Assembly (NCBI GenBank): GCA_965246885.1
Contig: OZ251992.1
Location: 1,952,001-2,016,000, forward strand
Source: Abditibacterium sp.
GTDB taxonomy: Bacteria; Armatimonadota; Abditibacteriia; Abditibacteriales; Abditibacteriaceae
Length of the DNA: 64,000 nt
Reading direction: 5' to 3'
Shown here: in pieces, positions 28,817-38,775 of the stretch
How the letters are laid out: the number at the start of each line of letters is the position of its first letter
How positions within the stretch are numbered: position 1 is the first letter of the stretch
Made by a program: the position numbers and the translations under genes
Notes under the pieces: model-generated
What the model saw: the letters and a program-made list of their open reading frames with translations, nothing else
Databases searched by the model: none
What the model was told of the DNA's origin: nothing

Positions 28817-29562
28817 GAGTTGGCCACCCCCGGCCATTCGCGCCAGAGGTTGGTGAGGCAGTCGAGGCGGTTTTGGTCGTGCTGCGGGTGTTTGACGCGG
28901 AAGAAGACGGCGAAGCGGGGGTTGGGGGCGAGGTTCATCGTGATGCCGTGCAGGAGTTGGTAGTGGGCGAGGACGACATCGCCGGGTTCGGCTTCGATTT
29001 GAACGGCGTCGCCGTAATCGAGGCGCGGGGCGAAGCCGCCTTGCAGCAAGTCTTGGAAGCCGTGTTCTTGGAAGTAGGCTTCCATCAGGCGGTGCGAGCC
29101 GGGCCAGACCGAGAAGTTGCCCGCATACGGCCCGCGAACGGGTGTCAGGAATACCGCCGCCAGAAGCGTGAACGAGTGCAGTTCGCCCTGTGGCACGCCG
29201 TTGGTGGGCGAGTGGATGCCGTCGAGATGCGAGATGGGCGGCTTGGATTCCGTTCCCAATGGACGCGGAAAGCGGAGCGCGATTTGGCCGTAACCTGTCC
29301 CGCGCGGCTCGCCGCCCAGCAGCGCCGCAACTGTTGGCGCGACGGTGGAGGCGTTATACAAGTCAGTGATGGGCGGCGAAACGGCGACTTCGGGAAACCA
29401 CGTTTGGGCCGCGAACTGCGTGAGTTTGTCTTCGGGGATGCCCCCGCCGATGCGGGCGTTGATGGCATGGACGGCGGTATCAATCAGTTCGGGCGCGACG
29501 GCGCCTTGGAGGAGCACATAACCATCGCGGCGCAAGGCTTCACGTTGTTGGGTGGAGAGCAT
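28813..29562 (-). CDS. Phytanoyl-CoA dioxygenase (PhyH) family 2OG-Fe(II) oxygenase
   Basis: RDGYVLL, HLDG (HxD), VWPGSH and GDVVLAHYQLLHG. Confidence 0.88.
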   Translation of the reverse strand: MLSTQQREALRRDGYVLLQGAVAPELIDTAVHAINARIGGGIPEDKLTQFAAQTWFPEVAVSPPITDLYNASTVAPTVAALLGGEPRGTGYGQIALRFPRPLGTESKPPISHLDGIHSPTNGVPQGELHSFTLLAAVFLTPVRGPYAGNFSVWPGSHRLMEAYFQEHGFQDLLQGGFAPRLDYGDAVQIEAEPGDVVLAHYQLLHGITMNLAPNPRFAVFFRVKHPQHDQNRLDCLTNLWREWPGVANS

Positions 29563-29571
29563 GGAGAGAGT

Positions 29572-30672
29572 TTAGGAGGCAGACTGGGCGAGCAACTCGG
29601 ACAAAACCCGGTCGTAATCGGCGACCATCCGCTCGCGCGAGAAGTAGGTCAGCGCCTCATGTCGTCCCCGGTCGGCGCGGGGTTGAGAGGTGTTCGAGGC
29701 AAGGGCGTCCGTGATGACGCGCGCGGCGCCTTGGGCGTCGCCAAGGGGGAAAAGCCAGCCGTTCTCGCCGTCGCGCACTACGTCGCCGATGCCCGGCGCG
29801 ACGCTGGCGACGGCGGCACAACCGCACGCCATCGCTTCGATGAGCGCGAGGGGCAAACCCTCGTAACGCGTTGACAACACCGCGACGCGGCAAGCGCGCA
29901 GGAGGGCGGGCACGTCGCCGACGTTACCCAGAAACGCGACGCGCGCGCTCAAGCCCAATCGCGCCACGAGGCGCTCGCACTTTCGCCGGTGCCCGTTGTC
30001 GCCCCCGCCCGCGAGCAACAGGCGACCCGTCCAGCCGCCCGCGATGAGGTGCGGAACGGCGCGGATAAGCGTCGCGTGGTCTTTTTGGCGGGCGAAACGC
30101 GCGGCCATCACGATGTCGGGCGCACGCTCGGCAAGGGGCGGGGGCGCCATGCCAAAGCGCGCGGTGTCGAGGCCATTGTGGATGACAATTACCCGCCGTC
30201 CGCCGATGCCCAAGGCGCGCACGCGGTCGGCCACGCCACTGGACACACCTATAGTCAGTGGCGTTTGCCCCGCCAACCCGCGCACCCTTCCTAAGCCCCA
30301 AGGCAGATAACGCTCGAAGTTGTGCTCGACGTGAACGACGGCGCGCACCCCGGCGCGAACCGCCGCCACGCGGCCCCAGACGTGTTCGGTGTAGCCGTGC
30401 GCCACAAACACCCGCACTCCGTAGTTGCGGCACAGCGCTTCCAATTGCGCGAGCGTGCGGCCCTTGGGGAAGGAATCATCCACCCATTCCGTCCGCAACC
30501 CCGACGCGCCGATCTGCTCCTGCATCACGACGGGAAGCGGCCCCGGTTTGCGGCGCAACACCAGCATCGGCTCGAAGGCGTCCCCGGCGTGTTGCGCGAG
30601 CGCGACATCGAGCGCCACCCTTGTTGCGCCCGACCCGCCCCCCGAAACGAAATGAATAACGCGCTGCTTCAT
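29572..30672 (-). CDS. Glycosyltransferase family 4
   Basis: ARFARQKDHATL and STRYEGLPLALIEAM. Confidence 0.9.
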   Translation of the reverse strand: MKQRVIHFVSGGGSGATRVALDVALAQHAGDAFEPMLVLRRKPGPLPVVMQEQIGASGLRTEWVDDSFPKGRTLAQLEALCRNYGVRVFVAHGYTEHVWGRVAAVRAGVRAVVHVEHNFERYLPWGLGRVRGLAGQTPLTIGVSSGVADRVRALGIGGRRVIVIHNGLDTARFGMAPPPLAERAPDIVMAARFARQKDHATLIRAVPHLIAGGWTGRLLLAGGGDNGHRRKCERLVARLGLSARVAFLGNVGDVPALLRACRVAVLSTRYEGLPLALIEAMACGCAAVASVAPGIGDVVRDGENGWLFPLGDAQGAARVITDALASNTSQPRADRGRHEALTYFSRERMVADYDRVLSELLAQSAS

Positions 30673-30879
30673 CGGATGGAAGGGAGCAAAGCATAAACTG
30701 AAACGCGGACGAACGCCACAAAGAGGCGACCGAGAGTAGCCAACGCATTCCGCCCGACTTCCTGTCGCCTACCCAACGCGCCAATCCGCCTGACCGGGCA
30801 AGACAATCCCCCGGCTAAGCGAACATTTCGCCTACCTATCCAATCCGTTCCCCTGACTGGGTAACTGCTCTGCCCGACC

Positions 30880-30950
30880 AAACGAATCGTTCGCCGGGGC
30901 GGGTGAGCGTTCCGCCGGAGCGGGTGAGCGTTCCGCCGGAGCGGGGGACT
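30880..30950. repeat. Intergenic 21-bp tandem repeat (2 exact units plus degenerate flanks)
   Basis: GCGGGTGAGCGTTCCGCCGGA at 30899-30919 and 30920-30940; weaker periodicity extends left to about 30780. Confidence 0.75.
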
Positions 30951-30961
30951 GTTCTGCCCGC

Positions 30962-33697
30962 TTATCCCGTCGTTCGCAGCCCCGACGCGATGGCGTTGAT
31001 GGATAGCAATAGTTCGGGCAACAGTTCGTTCGCCCGCGCTTCGTCGCCGGATTTGTGGGCGGTGCGCCACTGTTGGAGCAGGCCCAACTGTTGGTCGTGG
31101 AGGATGCCCAAGGCGCGGGCGCGGACTTCAAGAGTTTTAATCATGCGTGGGCGGCGCGCTTCGAGGGTGCCGCCGAAGATGGCTTCCATGCCCGCATTGA
31201 TGCAGTGCCATTCGGCGGCGATGACGGCGAAGACGCGCTCGCGGATGGCGGGGTCTTCGACCAAAGCGGCGTAGCGTTGCATGAGGGCGAAGTCGGTCGA
31301 AGCGAGGTTGGTTTCGACGTTGGTGAGAACGTAGCGCAGGAACTTGGAGCCGCCGACCGACGCGCGCAGGAACTCCCACTCGTCGGGCGCGCCGGTCTGC
31401 AAGTCGGCGAGCGCGCTGCCCAAGCCGAACCATCCGGGCAAGTAGAAGCGGCTTTGATTCCACGAGAAAACCCACGGAATGGCGCGCAAATCGGCGAGAG
31501 TGGCTTGCCCGGTGCGGCGCGCGGGACGGCTACCGATGCGCGCGTTTTCGAGGGCGTCAATGGGCGTGGCCTCGCGGAAAAACGGGATGAAGCCGTCGAG
31601 GTTAAGGAGCGCGCGGTAAGCGTCGCCGCTTGTCTGGGATAAACGTTCGCACAGGGCGTTCAAGCGTTCGTCCGTTTGCTTGGGCCGCGTGCCGCGCAAG
31701 GTGTTGGCGGCGACGCCCGCAAGGAGCAGTTCGAGGTTGTAGGTCGCCGTCGCGCGGTTGCCGTATTTCTGGGCGATGGTCTCGCCCTGTTCCGTCACGC
31801 GCACATCGCCCGACAAACTCCCGTGCGGCAGGGCTTCCAAGAAGCGGTGCGTCGGCCCCGCGCCGCGCGAAATGGTGCCGCCGCGCCCGTGAAAGAAGCG
31901 CAGGCGCACGCCTGTCGCTTCGCCGACGCGGGCCATCGCCGACTGCCCTTTTTGTAGCGCCCACTGCGACGCGAAGATGCCTTTATCCTTGTTGGAATCG
32001 GAATAACCGACCATCACTTGCTGCGTGGGCTTTTGCCCGCGCGCCTGTTTTTCGAGGCTCATGCGCGCGACGGGATGCTCCAAAAACGCGCGCAGGATAT
32101 CGGCGCTGCCTTCCAAGTCTTCGACCGTCTCAAAGAGCGGCACGACGGGCAGGGCGCACACCAACCCCGCTTCGGTCATGCGCATCAGCCCCGCTTCGCG
32201 CGCGAGGACGAATACGACGAGCAGGTCGGACAACGAGCGCGTCATCGAAACAATCAGCGCGCCGACGCCTGAGGCGCCGTAGGTTTCGAGGTGCGTTGCC
32301 AAGACACGCAAGCAGTCCAGCGCCGCGCCCGCCTCATTTTCGACGCGCGCGCCGGGGTGCAAAAACGGGCGCGGCGACTTGAGTTCCGCGTTGAGGAAGC
32401 GCAGCCGCTCCGCTTCGCTCCACGCGCCGAAACCCTCGCCGTCCAAGCCTGCCGCGCTCATCAGTTGCGAGAGGGCGCGGTCGTGGAAGGCGGAGTTTTG
32501 GCGCACATCGAGCGCCGCCAAATGGAAGCCGAAGGTGTCGAGCGCGCGGTAGATGAGCGTCAAGTCCGTTTCGACCAATCGCTGTGCGCCGACGGCTTCA
32601 AGGCTCGCGCGCAAAACGTCCAAGTCGGCGCGCAGTTCGTCGGGGAAGCGGTAAAAGCCCGCCTCGTCGCGCAAGACGGGTTGCTCGGCGCGCGTGTCGA
32701 GCGGCAAGCGCGCGCCGATAAGCTGCGCCAACTGCCGCCAAGGTTCCTCCTCGTTGTGTTCCAAAATCGCGGGCGCCCGCTCGCCCACGAGCGGCGAAAG
32801 TTCGCGGATGCGGTCGAGCAGAAACTGCGGCGGGGTTTGGCCATACACCGACAAGCTCATCTTTTCCGCGAGGCGCTCCAAGCGCCTGTCCAGCACGACA
32901 AGCGCGTTCAGGCGCAAGTCGAGCAGGGTTTCGCGCGTCACGTCGGCTGTTACGAGCGCGTGCCCGTCGCGGTCGCCGCCGACCCATGTTCCAAAGCGCA
33001 GCAAGGGAAAGTGCCCGGTTAGCTCGCCCATCGAAAAGCCCGCGTCGCTCCACGCCGACTTGAGCCGCGAGTCCAGCCGAATCAGGGCGTCGGGGAAAAT
33101 CTCGCGCAGGTAATGGTTCACTTGCCGCCGCTCATCGGCGACTTCTGGCTTGGCCAGCAAGATTTCGCCCGTGCGCCACAGCCTCTCCAAAATGGCCTTG
33201 ATGCGACGCCGGATAGAAGCGAGTTCCGATGCCGTGAGAAGCGGGTTTTCGCGCTCGACGAGCGAGCGGAACAGTTCGCGGTGCTGCTCCAACACGGTCA
33301 GCCGCTTCGCTTCGGTCGGGTGCGCCGTCAAGACCGGTTCCACGCGAATAAGGGGCAACTGCCGCGCGATGTCCGACGACGAAAAGCCGTCCCCTTTAAG
33401 CCGCTCGAACGCTTCGCCCCACAAGCCGCGCTCGGCGCTCATGCCTTCCTCGCGCTCGCGCTTGCGCCGCGTTTGTTCGGCAACGTTCTCCTCGACCAAG
33501 TTGAGCAGCTGAAACGCGACCGAAAACGCCTGCCCCAACTTGGGCGGCAAGCAGTCGGGCGAGGGAATCTCGTCCCAAGGCAGCGAGGCCGCGAGTTCTC
33601 CTTGCCCCAAATCGTCCAGCACCTCGCGGAAGCACTGGATAAGGAAGCCAAGATCGTCTTGGATTTTGGAAAACGCGAATGTGGTGAGATCGGACAT
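30962..33697 (-). CDS. ppc: Phosphoenolpyruvate carboxylase
   Basis: VLTAHPTE, WVGGDRDG, QVMVGYSDSNKDKG, FFHGRGGTISRG, LRAIPWVFSW and C-terminal GLRTTG. Confidence 0.97.
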   Translation of the reverse strand: MSDLTTFAFSKIQDDLGFLIQCFREVLDDLGQGELAASLPWDEIPSPDCLPPKLGQAFSVAFQLLNLVEENVAEQTRRKREREEGMSAERGLWGEAFERLKGDGFSSSDIARQLPLIRVEPVLTAHPTEAKRLTVLEQHRELFRSLVERENPLLTASELASIRRRIKAILERLWRTGEILLAKPEVADERRQVNHYLREIFPDALIRLDSRLKSAWSDAGFSMGELTGHFPLLRFGTWVGGDRDGHALVTADVTRETLLDLRLNALVVLDRRLERLAEKMSLSVYGQTPPQFLLDRIRELSPLVGERAPAILEHNEEEPWRQLAQLIGARLPLDTRAEQPVLRDEAGFYRFPDELRADLDVLRASLEAVGAQRLVETDLTLIYRALDTFGFHLAALDVRQNSAFHDRALSQLMSAAGLDGEGFGAWSEAERLRFLNAELKSPRPFLHPGARVENEAGAALDCLRVLATHLETYGASGVGALIVSMTRSLSDLLVVFVLAREAGLMRMTEAGLVCALPVVPLFETVEDLEGSADILRAFLEHPVARMSLEKQARGQKPTQQVMVGYSDSNKDKGIFASQWALQKGQSAMARVGEATGVRLRFFHGRGGTISRGAGPTHRFLEALPHGSLSGDVRVTEQGETIAQKYGNRATATYNLELLLAGVAANTLRGTRPKQTDERLNALCERLSQTSGDAYRALLNLDGFIPFFREATPIDALENARIGSRPARRTGQATLADLRAIPWVFSWNQSRFYLPGWFGLGSALADLQTGAPDEWEFLRASVGGSKFLRYVLTNVETNLASTDFALMQRYAALVEDPAIRERVFAVIAAEWHCINAGMEAIFGGTLEARRPRMIKTLEVRARALGILHDQQLGLLQQWRTAHKSGDEARANELLPELLLSINAIASGLRTTG

Positions 33698-33751
33698 AAA
33701 AGCGCGGAAGTGGGGTTTAGCAACCGCGCGTTTCAAGTGGGTTTCGCGGCC

Positions 33752-34216
33752 TCAACCGCGCAACTCGTCGCGCCGGAAGTCGCCCGATTTGCCGCCGGTC
33801 TTTTCTATCAAGACGATGCTTTGGATTTTGAGGGTGTCGTCCACGCCTTTGGTCATGTCGTAGATGGTGAGCAGGGCGGCGGCGACGGCGGTGAGGGCTT
33901 CCATTTCGACGCCGGTTTGTCCGGTGCATTTCACCGTCGCGGTCGCCGTAACGGTGCCACTCTCGGTGTTGCATTGGAAGTCGCAACTCGCGCCGCTAAT
34001 GGAAAGCGGGTGGCAGAGCGGAATGATGGCGGGCGTGTTTTTGGCGGCCATGATGGCGGCGACGCGCGCGGTTTCGAGGGCGTTGCCTTTGGGCAGGGTG
34101 GACTGCGCGACCATGCGCGCGGTCGCGGGCAACATCTGGATGCTACCGCGCGCCGTTGCTTCGCGTTTGGTGAGCGGCTTGTCGCCGACATCCACCATGT
34201 GAGTTTGGGTGTTCAT
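33752..34216 (-). CDS. moaC: Cyclic pyranopterin monophosphate synthase MoaC
   Basis: MVDVGDK, IPLCHP, TGVEMEALTAV and EKTGGKSG. Confidence 0.97.
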   Translation of the reverse strand: MNTQTHMVDVGDKPLTKREATARGSIQMLPATARMVAQSTLPKGNALETARVAAIMAAKNTPAIIPLCHPLSISGASCDFQCNTESGTVTATATVKCTGQTGVEMEALTAVAAALLTIYDMTKGVDDTLKIQSIVLIEKTGGKSGDFRRDELRG

Positions 34217-34219
34217 TTA

Positions 34220-35626
34220 TTACCCGCCCCCGCCGCCAGAACCTTTGATGCCGCCTTTGGTCATCTCTTTGGCATCAAGCAGCGTTTCGAGTTCTTCGGC
34301 GGACAGGTCGGTGTGTTCGAGCGCCACATCTTTGAGGCGGCGACCTTCTTTGTAGGCTTGCTTGGCGAGCGCGGCGCCCTTTTCGTAGCCGATAAGCGGG
34401 TTCAAGACCGTCACCATGATGGGGTTTTTGTCCACGAGGTCGAGCAGCTTGGCGTCTTGGACGGAAAAGCCCGCGATGGCTTTGTCGGCGAGTATCTTCG
34501 AGACGTTGCCAAGCAGGGTGATGGATTGGAGCAGGTTATAGGCGGCGACGGGGAGCATCACGTTGAGTTGGAAGTTGCCACTCGCGTTGCACAGGGCGAT
34601 GGTGGCGTCGTTGCCAATTACCTGCGCGGCGACTTGCATCGTCGCTTCGGGGATGACGGGGTTGATTTTTCCCGGCATGATGCTCGACCCCGGCTGAAGA
34701 GAGGGCAGCACAATTTCGCCCAAGCCCGCCTGCGGGCCGGAGTTCATCCAGCGCAGGTCGTTGGCGATTTTGAAAAGGGCGGTGGCGAGCGTCTTGAGTT
34801 GCCCGCTCATTTCCGTTGCGGCGTCGAGTGTGGCCTGTGCCGCGAAGTGGTTGCGCGCTTCGCGGAAGGGGATGTGCGTCATCTCTTCCAACTGGCGCGC
34901 GACGCGGTGGCCGAACTCCGGGTGCGCGTTGATGCCCGTGCCGACAGCCGTGCCGCCGATGGCGAGTTCTTGCAAACGCGGCAACGACGTAAGGATGCGC
35001 TCGATGCTTTGCTCAACCTGAGCTTTCCACGCGCCGATTTCTTGGCCAAGCGTGATGGGCATCGCGTCCATCAGGTGCGTGCGCCCCGTTTTGACGACGC
35101 CACCCAACTCCCCTTCGCGCTTGGACAGTTCGCCCACCAAATGGCGTAGGGCGGGAATGAGGTTGTCCGCCAACTCCATGCATGCCGCGACGTGGATGGC
35201 GGTGGGAATCACGTCGTTGCTCGATTGGCCCGCGTTCACGTCGTCGTTGGGGTGCACCCGCTCGCCGCTGCCCTCGTTGCCCTGCGAAGCAAGAGCCGCG
35301 ATGACCTCGTTGGCGTTCATGTTCGTCGAAGTGCCGCTTCCGGTTTGGAAAACGTCAACCGGGAACTGTCCGTCGAACTCGCCGCTTGCCACGCGCAGGG
35401 CGGCGCTGGAAATAGCCTCTCCCTTGGCGGGCGCGAGCAGTTCCAGTTCGACGTTGACGCGCGCGCACGCCGCCTTGATGGTCGCCAAAGCGCGGATGAA
35501 CGGGCGCGGAAACGGGATGCCGGACACGGGGAAGTTCTCGACCGCGCGCTGTGTTTGCGCGCCGTAGTGGGCATCGGCGGGCACTTGCATCTCGCCCATC
35601 GAGTCTTTTTCAATGCGGAAGTTCAT
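34220..35626 (-). CDS. fumC: Fumarate hydratase class II
   Basis: RIEKDSMGE, QTGSGTSTNMN, KTGRTHLMDA and GSSIMPGKINP. Confidence 0.97.
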   Translation of the reverse strand: MNFRIEKDSMGEMQVPADAHYGAQTQRAVENFPVSGIPFPRPFIRALATIKAACARVNVELELLAPAKGEAISSAALRVASGEFDGQFPVDVFQTGSGTSTNMNANEVIAALASQGNEGSGERVHPNDDVNAGQSSNDVIPTAIHVAACMELADNLIPALRHLVGELSKREGELGGVVKTGRTHLMDAMPITLGQEIGAWKAQVEQSIERILTSLPRLQELAIGGTAVGTGINAHPEFGHRVARQLEEMTHIPFREARNHFAAQATLDAATEMSGQLKTLATALFKIANDLRWMNSGPQAGLGEIVLPSLQPGSSIMPGKINPVIPEATMQVAAQVIGNDATIALCNASGNFQLNVMLPVAAYNLLQSITLLGNVSKILADKAIAGFSVQDAKLLDLVDKNPIMVTVLNPLIGYEKGAALAKQAYKEGRRLKDVALEHTDLSAEELETLLDAKEMTKGGIKGSGGGGG

Positions 35627-35677
35627 GGTGGTGGTTGGCCCACCGATGAACACGAGCGGTTCGTCTGTGGGCGATGA

Positions 35678-37258
35678 TTACCGGAGCAGTTTGGCGGGTT
35701 TGGGCGCGAGGAGCTTCCAAACCCCTCCGCCTGCGCCCGCGCCGAGGGCGACGACGAGGGCGCGGGCGAGCAAACGCGGCACTTGGTGGGTGGCGTCGGT
35801 ATCGAAGGGCGCGGCGAAATGGGCGGCGAAATGAGCGACTGTCCACGACAACACGCCCGCCGTCGTCGCCAAAATGAGCGAGCGCACAAGGCTCTGGCCC
35901 AAGTTCTTCGCGCCCAGAGTTCCCCACTGCACTTGCAAGCGGCGAGCGAGCAGGGCGGAAAGAATCGTGGTCGTCAAGGCCGCCGCCAGCGCGAGTCCGC
36001 CGCCTCCCGGTAGGCCCAACTGCGCGCCCGCAAAGCCGAGCGGGAAGAACAGCGCGAGCGCAAAGGCGCCTATGCCCACCACGTCGCGGCCCCGATTCGT
36101 CGCGTAAAAGCCGCGCGCGAGCAGTTGTTGCGCGCCCAACGAGGGCAAGCACAGCGCGTAGCAACGCAAGACGAACGCCGTGTCGTGCGCATCCGCCGTT
36201 TTGAACTTGCCGTGCTGCAACACGAGGCGCACGAGCGGGTTCGAGAGCGCGAGTAGCATCGCCGTCGCCCACAGCATCCAGCGCAGGTTGCGCTTGAGCG
36301 CCAAACCGAACTCGCGGCGCATCTGCCCCGCGTCGTTGTCTATCCACAGCCGCGACAGCGTCGGGAGGAGCGCCACTGCCGCGCTCGACGCCAGCAGGTC
36401 GAGCGGCACCTGCATCAGGATGTTGGCGTTATCCAAAGATGTCGTTGCCCCCACGCCGACCAATTTTCCAAATGCGCGCGGCAAGTTGAGCGCAATTATC
36501 TGCCCGCTCGCCAAGCCCAGCACCACCGGCCCCAACGCGCCCAAGACGCGGCGCACGCCTTCCTTTTGCGGCGCCCAGAGCGGCTTGAGGCTCAGCCCAT
36601 TGCGGAGCGCGGCGGGCACCATCACGCCCACCGTCCCCGCCAGCGCCCCGGCCAGCGCGCCCCACGCTTGGAACTCAATATCCTGCCGGTGCCGATGGAA
36701 GGCAATCCCAAAGACGACTATGCCCACATTGAATAGCACCGGTTGGATAGAAAACAGCAGAAAGCGCCGTAGTGCGTTGAAGGTGCCCGCGAACACCCCG
36801 CCCACCACGAACACCCACTGCGCGACCAGCAGAATCCGCAGCGTGTGGAGATACAGCGCCACGTCCCCGGCGTCTTTCCCCGGCGCCAATAAACGGCCTA
36901 TTGGCGTCCACGTTAGCGCAAGAAGCACTAAAGATAACGCGCCAAAGCCAACGGTAATCAGCGTCAAGAGCGCCCGAAACGTTTCGCGCGCTTCCTCTTC
37001 CTCGCCGCCTTGCAAGAGAGAAGTAAAGACAGGCACGAAACCCGTCGCCAACAGTCCGCCCGATATGAGGATGGCGAGGGTGTTGGGAATGTTGAAAGCG
37101 GCATTGTAAGCGTCCGTACTGGGGCCGCGCCCGAAGAAATAGGACGTGACGACGACGCGCGCGAACCCTGTCAGGCGCGACACGAGAATCATCGCCGCCA
37201 CGAGCGCCCCCGCGCGGCCCAAGGACGTTGTTTGATTGATCGAAAGCGTTCGCGTCAT
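35678..37258 (-). CDS. murJ: Lipid II flippase MurJ (MviN)
   Basis: SRLTGFAR, DAYNAAFNIPN, FVPVF and ALLPTLSR; about 14 TM helices. Confidence 0.9.
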   Translation of the reverse strand: MTRTLSINQTTSLGRAGALVAAMILVSRLTGFARVVVTSYFFGRGPSTDAYNAAFNIPNTLAILISGGLLATGFVPVFTSLLQGGEEEEARETFRALLTLITVGFGALSLVLLALTWTPIGRLLAPGKDAGDVALYLHTLRILLVAQWVFVVGGVFAGTFNALRRFLLFSIQPVLFNVGIVVFGIAFHRHRQDIEFQAWGALAGALAGTVGVMVPAALRNGLSLKPLWAPQKEGVRRVLGALGPVVLGLASGQIIALNLPRAFGKLVGVGATTSLDNANILMQVPLDLLASSAAVALLPTLSRLWIDNDAGQMRREFGLALKRNLRWMLWATAMLLALSNPLVRLVLQHGKFKTADAHDTAFVLRCYALCLPSLGAQQLLARGFYATNRGRDVVGIGAFALALFFPLGFAGAQLGLPGGGGLALAAALTTTILSALLARRLQVQWGTLGAKNLGQSLVRSLILATTAGVLSWTVAHFAAHFAAPFDTDATHQVPRLLARALVVALGAGAGGGVWKLLAPKPAKLLR

Positions 37259-37367
37259 GAATTGGAGGTCTTGAAAAGATACCGCGTTTACCCGAATCGG
37301 GGGAAGCCGGGGCGAAAGCGGCGCTCTTTCCCTTTGCGCGCAAGAGTGATAACATTCCCTCCATTCC

Positions 37368-37655
37368 ATGCAACAATCCCCAACCGCCGACACGCGGCGC
37401 GACCCGGAACTGCTCGCCCTCATTGCGCGCAAAGCCGCCATCTCGCGCGCTGGGGTGCTCCTCATGTTCGCCGTCTACTTCGGCTACATGGGCCTGCTCG
37501 CTTTCGCGCCCCAAGTGTTAGCCGCGCGCGTTGGTCATGCCACCATCGGCATTCCGCTTGGCATCGGCGTCCTCGTTTTCACGTGGCTCCTGACGGGCGC
37601 CTACGTGCGCTGGGCGAACGGCGCCTACGACGCGGTAGTTGCGCGCCAAAAGTAG
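37368..37655 (+). CDS. DUF485 (YjcH-like) membrane protein, usual partner of ActP
   Basis: Two TM helices; IGIPLGIGV and YVRWANGAYD motifs. Confidence 0.88.
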   Translation: MQQSPTADTRRDPELLALIARKAAISRAGVLLMFAVYFGYMGLLAFAPQVLAARVGHATIGIPLGIGVLVFTWLLTGAYVRWANGAYDAVVARQK

Positions 37656-37701
37656 CCAAGAGGGGTTTTAGGAAAAAATTTCCGAAATTTCGCCTGAGAG
37701 T

Positions 37702-37731
37702 GTTTAAAGGGCCGCCGAAATGGGTATAACT
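37702..37731 (+). promoter_or_regulatory. Putative sigma70 promoter for the prepilin-like gene
   Basis: TATAAC at 37725-37730, a weak TTTAAA about 16 bp upstream, and an AT-rich dyad region further upstream. Confidence 0.45.
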
Positions 37732-37827
37732 CATTCGTCCAGATGGCTCAACGACGGCGGCTCTTCTCCGCACTTACACGAGTCAGTAAGGCTGTGACCA
37801 ACCCCCTCTGCCTCTGGACGCACAGCC

Positions 37828-38619
37828 ATGAATAACCAATTCGTATCGTCAAAGCGTTCCGCGTTTACGCTCATAGAGATTCTCGTGGTCATCGCCATCA
37901 TCGCCATCCTCGCAGCGATTCTCTTCCCCGCTTTCGCCCGCGCCCGTGAGAACGCGCGCCGCGCCTCCTGCCAATCGAACCTCAAGCAAATCGGCCTCGG
38001 TTTGCTCCAATACTCGCAGGACTACGACGAGAAGCTGGTGCCCAGCCAAATCAACATGGCGGGTCAGACGCCCACCGATCCATACCCCTACTGGGTCTAT
38101 CTCATCCAGCCCTACGTCAAGAGTCGCCAGTTGTTCAAGTGCCCTTCTAACCCTTCGCAGCAACCAGCATACTACGACGGCCACTCGACCAACGGCCAAT
38201 CCAACGACAACATTTCCAACAACTACTGCATCAACGAAAGCAGCAGTGACCCCGCCCAACAAGTGACGCACAAATTCGGAACTGGCCCGGCGCTCACCTC
38301 CTTCGTGTCAACGGCCACCACCATCGTGGTCACCGAGAAGGTTGCCACCTCGACACCCAACGACGAGGAGGCCGTGATCCGCATGCAGGAAACTCCCGGC
38401 ATCCGCTCCGGCGACAACCTCTTTGCCGGCCACTTGGCCACCACCAACTACTTGTTCTGCGACGGGCACGTCAAGGCGCTCAAGCCGTTTGCGACCGTTG
38501 ATTCCTCTGTCGGTGGCTCGTCGCCCGTGAATATGTGGACGATAGACAACTCGGTGTTCAACTCCACCGACGCCCCTCAAGTGAAAACCAACTTGGCCGC
38601 CGTCGCCGCCCGCTACTAA
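37828..38619 (+). CDS. DUF1559 prepilin-type N-terminal cleavage/methylation protein with H-X9-DG motif
   Basis: [33 protein letters not shown] and C-terminal [15 protein letters not shown]. Confidence 0.93.
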   Translation: MNNQFVSSKRSAFTLIEILVVIAIIAILAAILFPAFARARENARRASCQSNLKQIGLGLLQYSQDYDEKLVPSQINMAGQTPTDPYPYWVYLIQPYVKSRQLFKCPSNPSQQPAYYDGHSTNGQSNDNISNNYCINESSSDPAQQVTHKFGTGPALTSFVSTATTIVVTEKVATSTPNDEEAVIRMQETPGIRSGDNLFAGHLATTNYLFCDGHVKALKPFATVDSSVGGSSPVNMWTIDNSVFNSTDAPQVKTNLAAVAARY

Positions 38620-38640
38620 ACTTGGCTTCCGGTCGAACCC

Positions 38641-38672
38641 AAAGCGGTGGGGCTTTTGCCCCGCCGCTTTTT
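38641..38672 (+). terminator. Intrinsic terminator
   Basis: GCGGTGGGGC-TTTT-GCCCCGCCGC hairpin followed by a T run, 21 bp after the prepilin stop. Confidence 0.75.
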
Positions 38673-38775
38673 GCTGTTTGGTGTATCTCGGCAAACTGTC
38701 TCCTTCCTGCTGAACTCAGTTGCTCCGAAGCGTGCGTCAGCCCGTCGCGCCGTCGCGCCAACAAATCAACAAGCC

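Noticed and set aside
30669..31070. ORF with RRNAHP heptad repeats
   Set aside because: It is a translation of the 21-bp intergenic array, overlaps the ppc 3' end out of frame, and has no other coding support.
33113..35149. Long antisense/alternate-frame ORFs (e.g. 33113-35149 +, 26644-27756 +, 53123-54343 -, 45829-46938 -)
   Set aside because: Shadow ORFs opposite well-supported genes, expected at high GC; no recognisable motifs.
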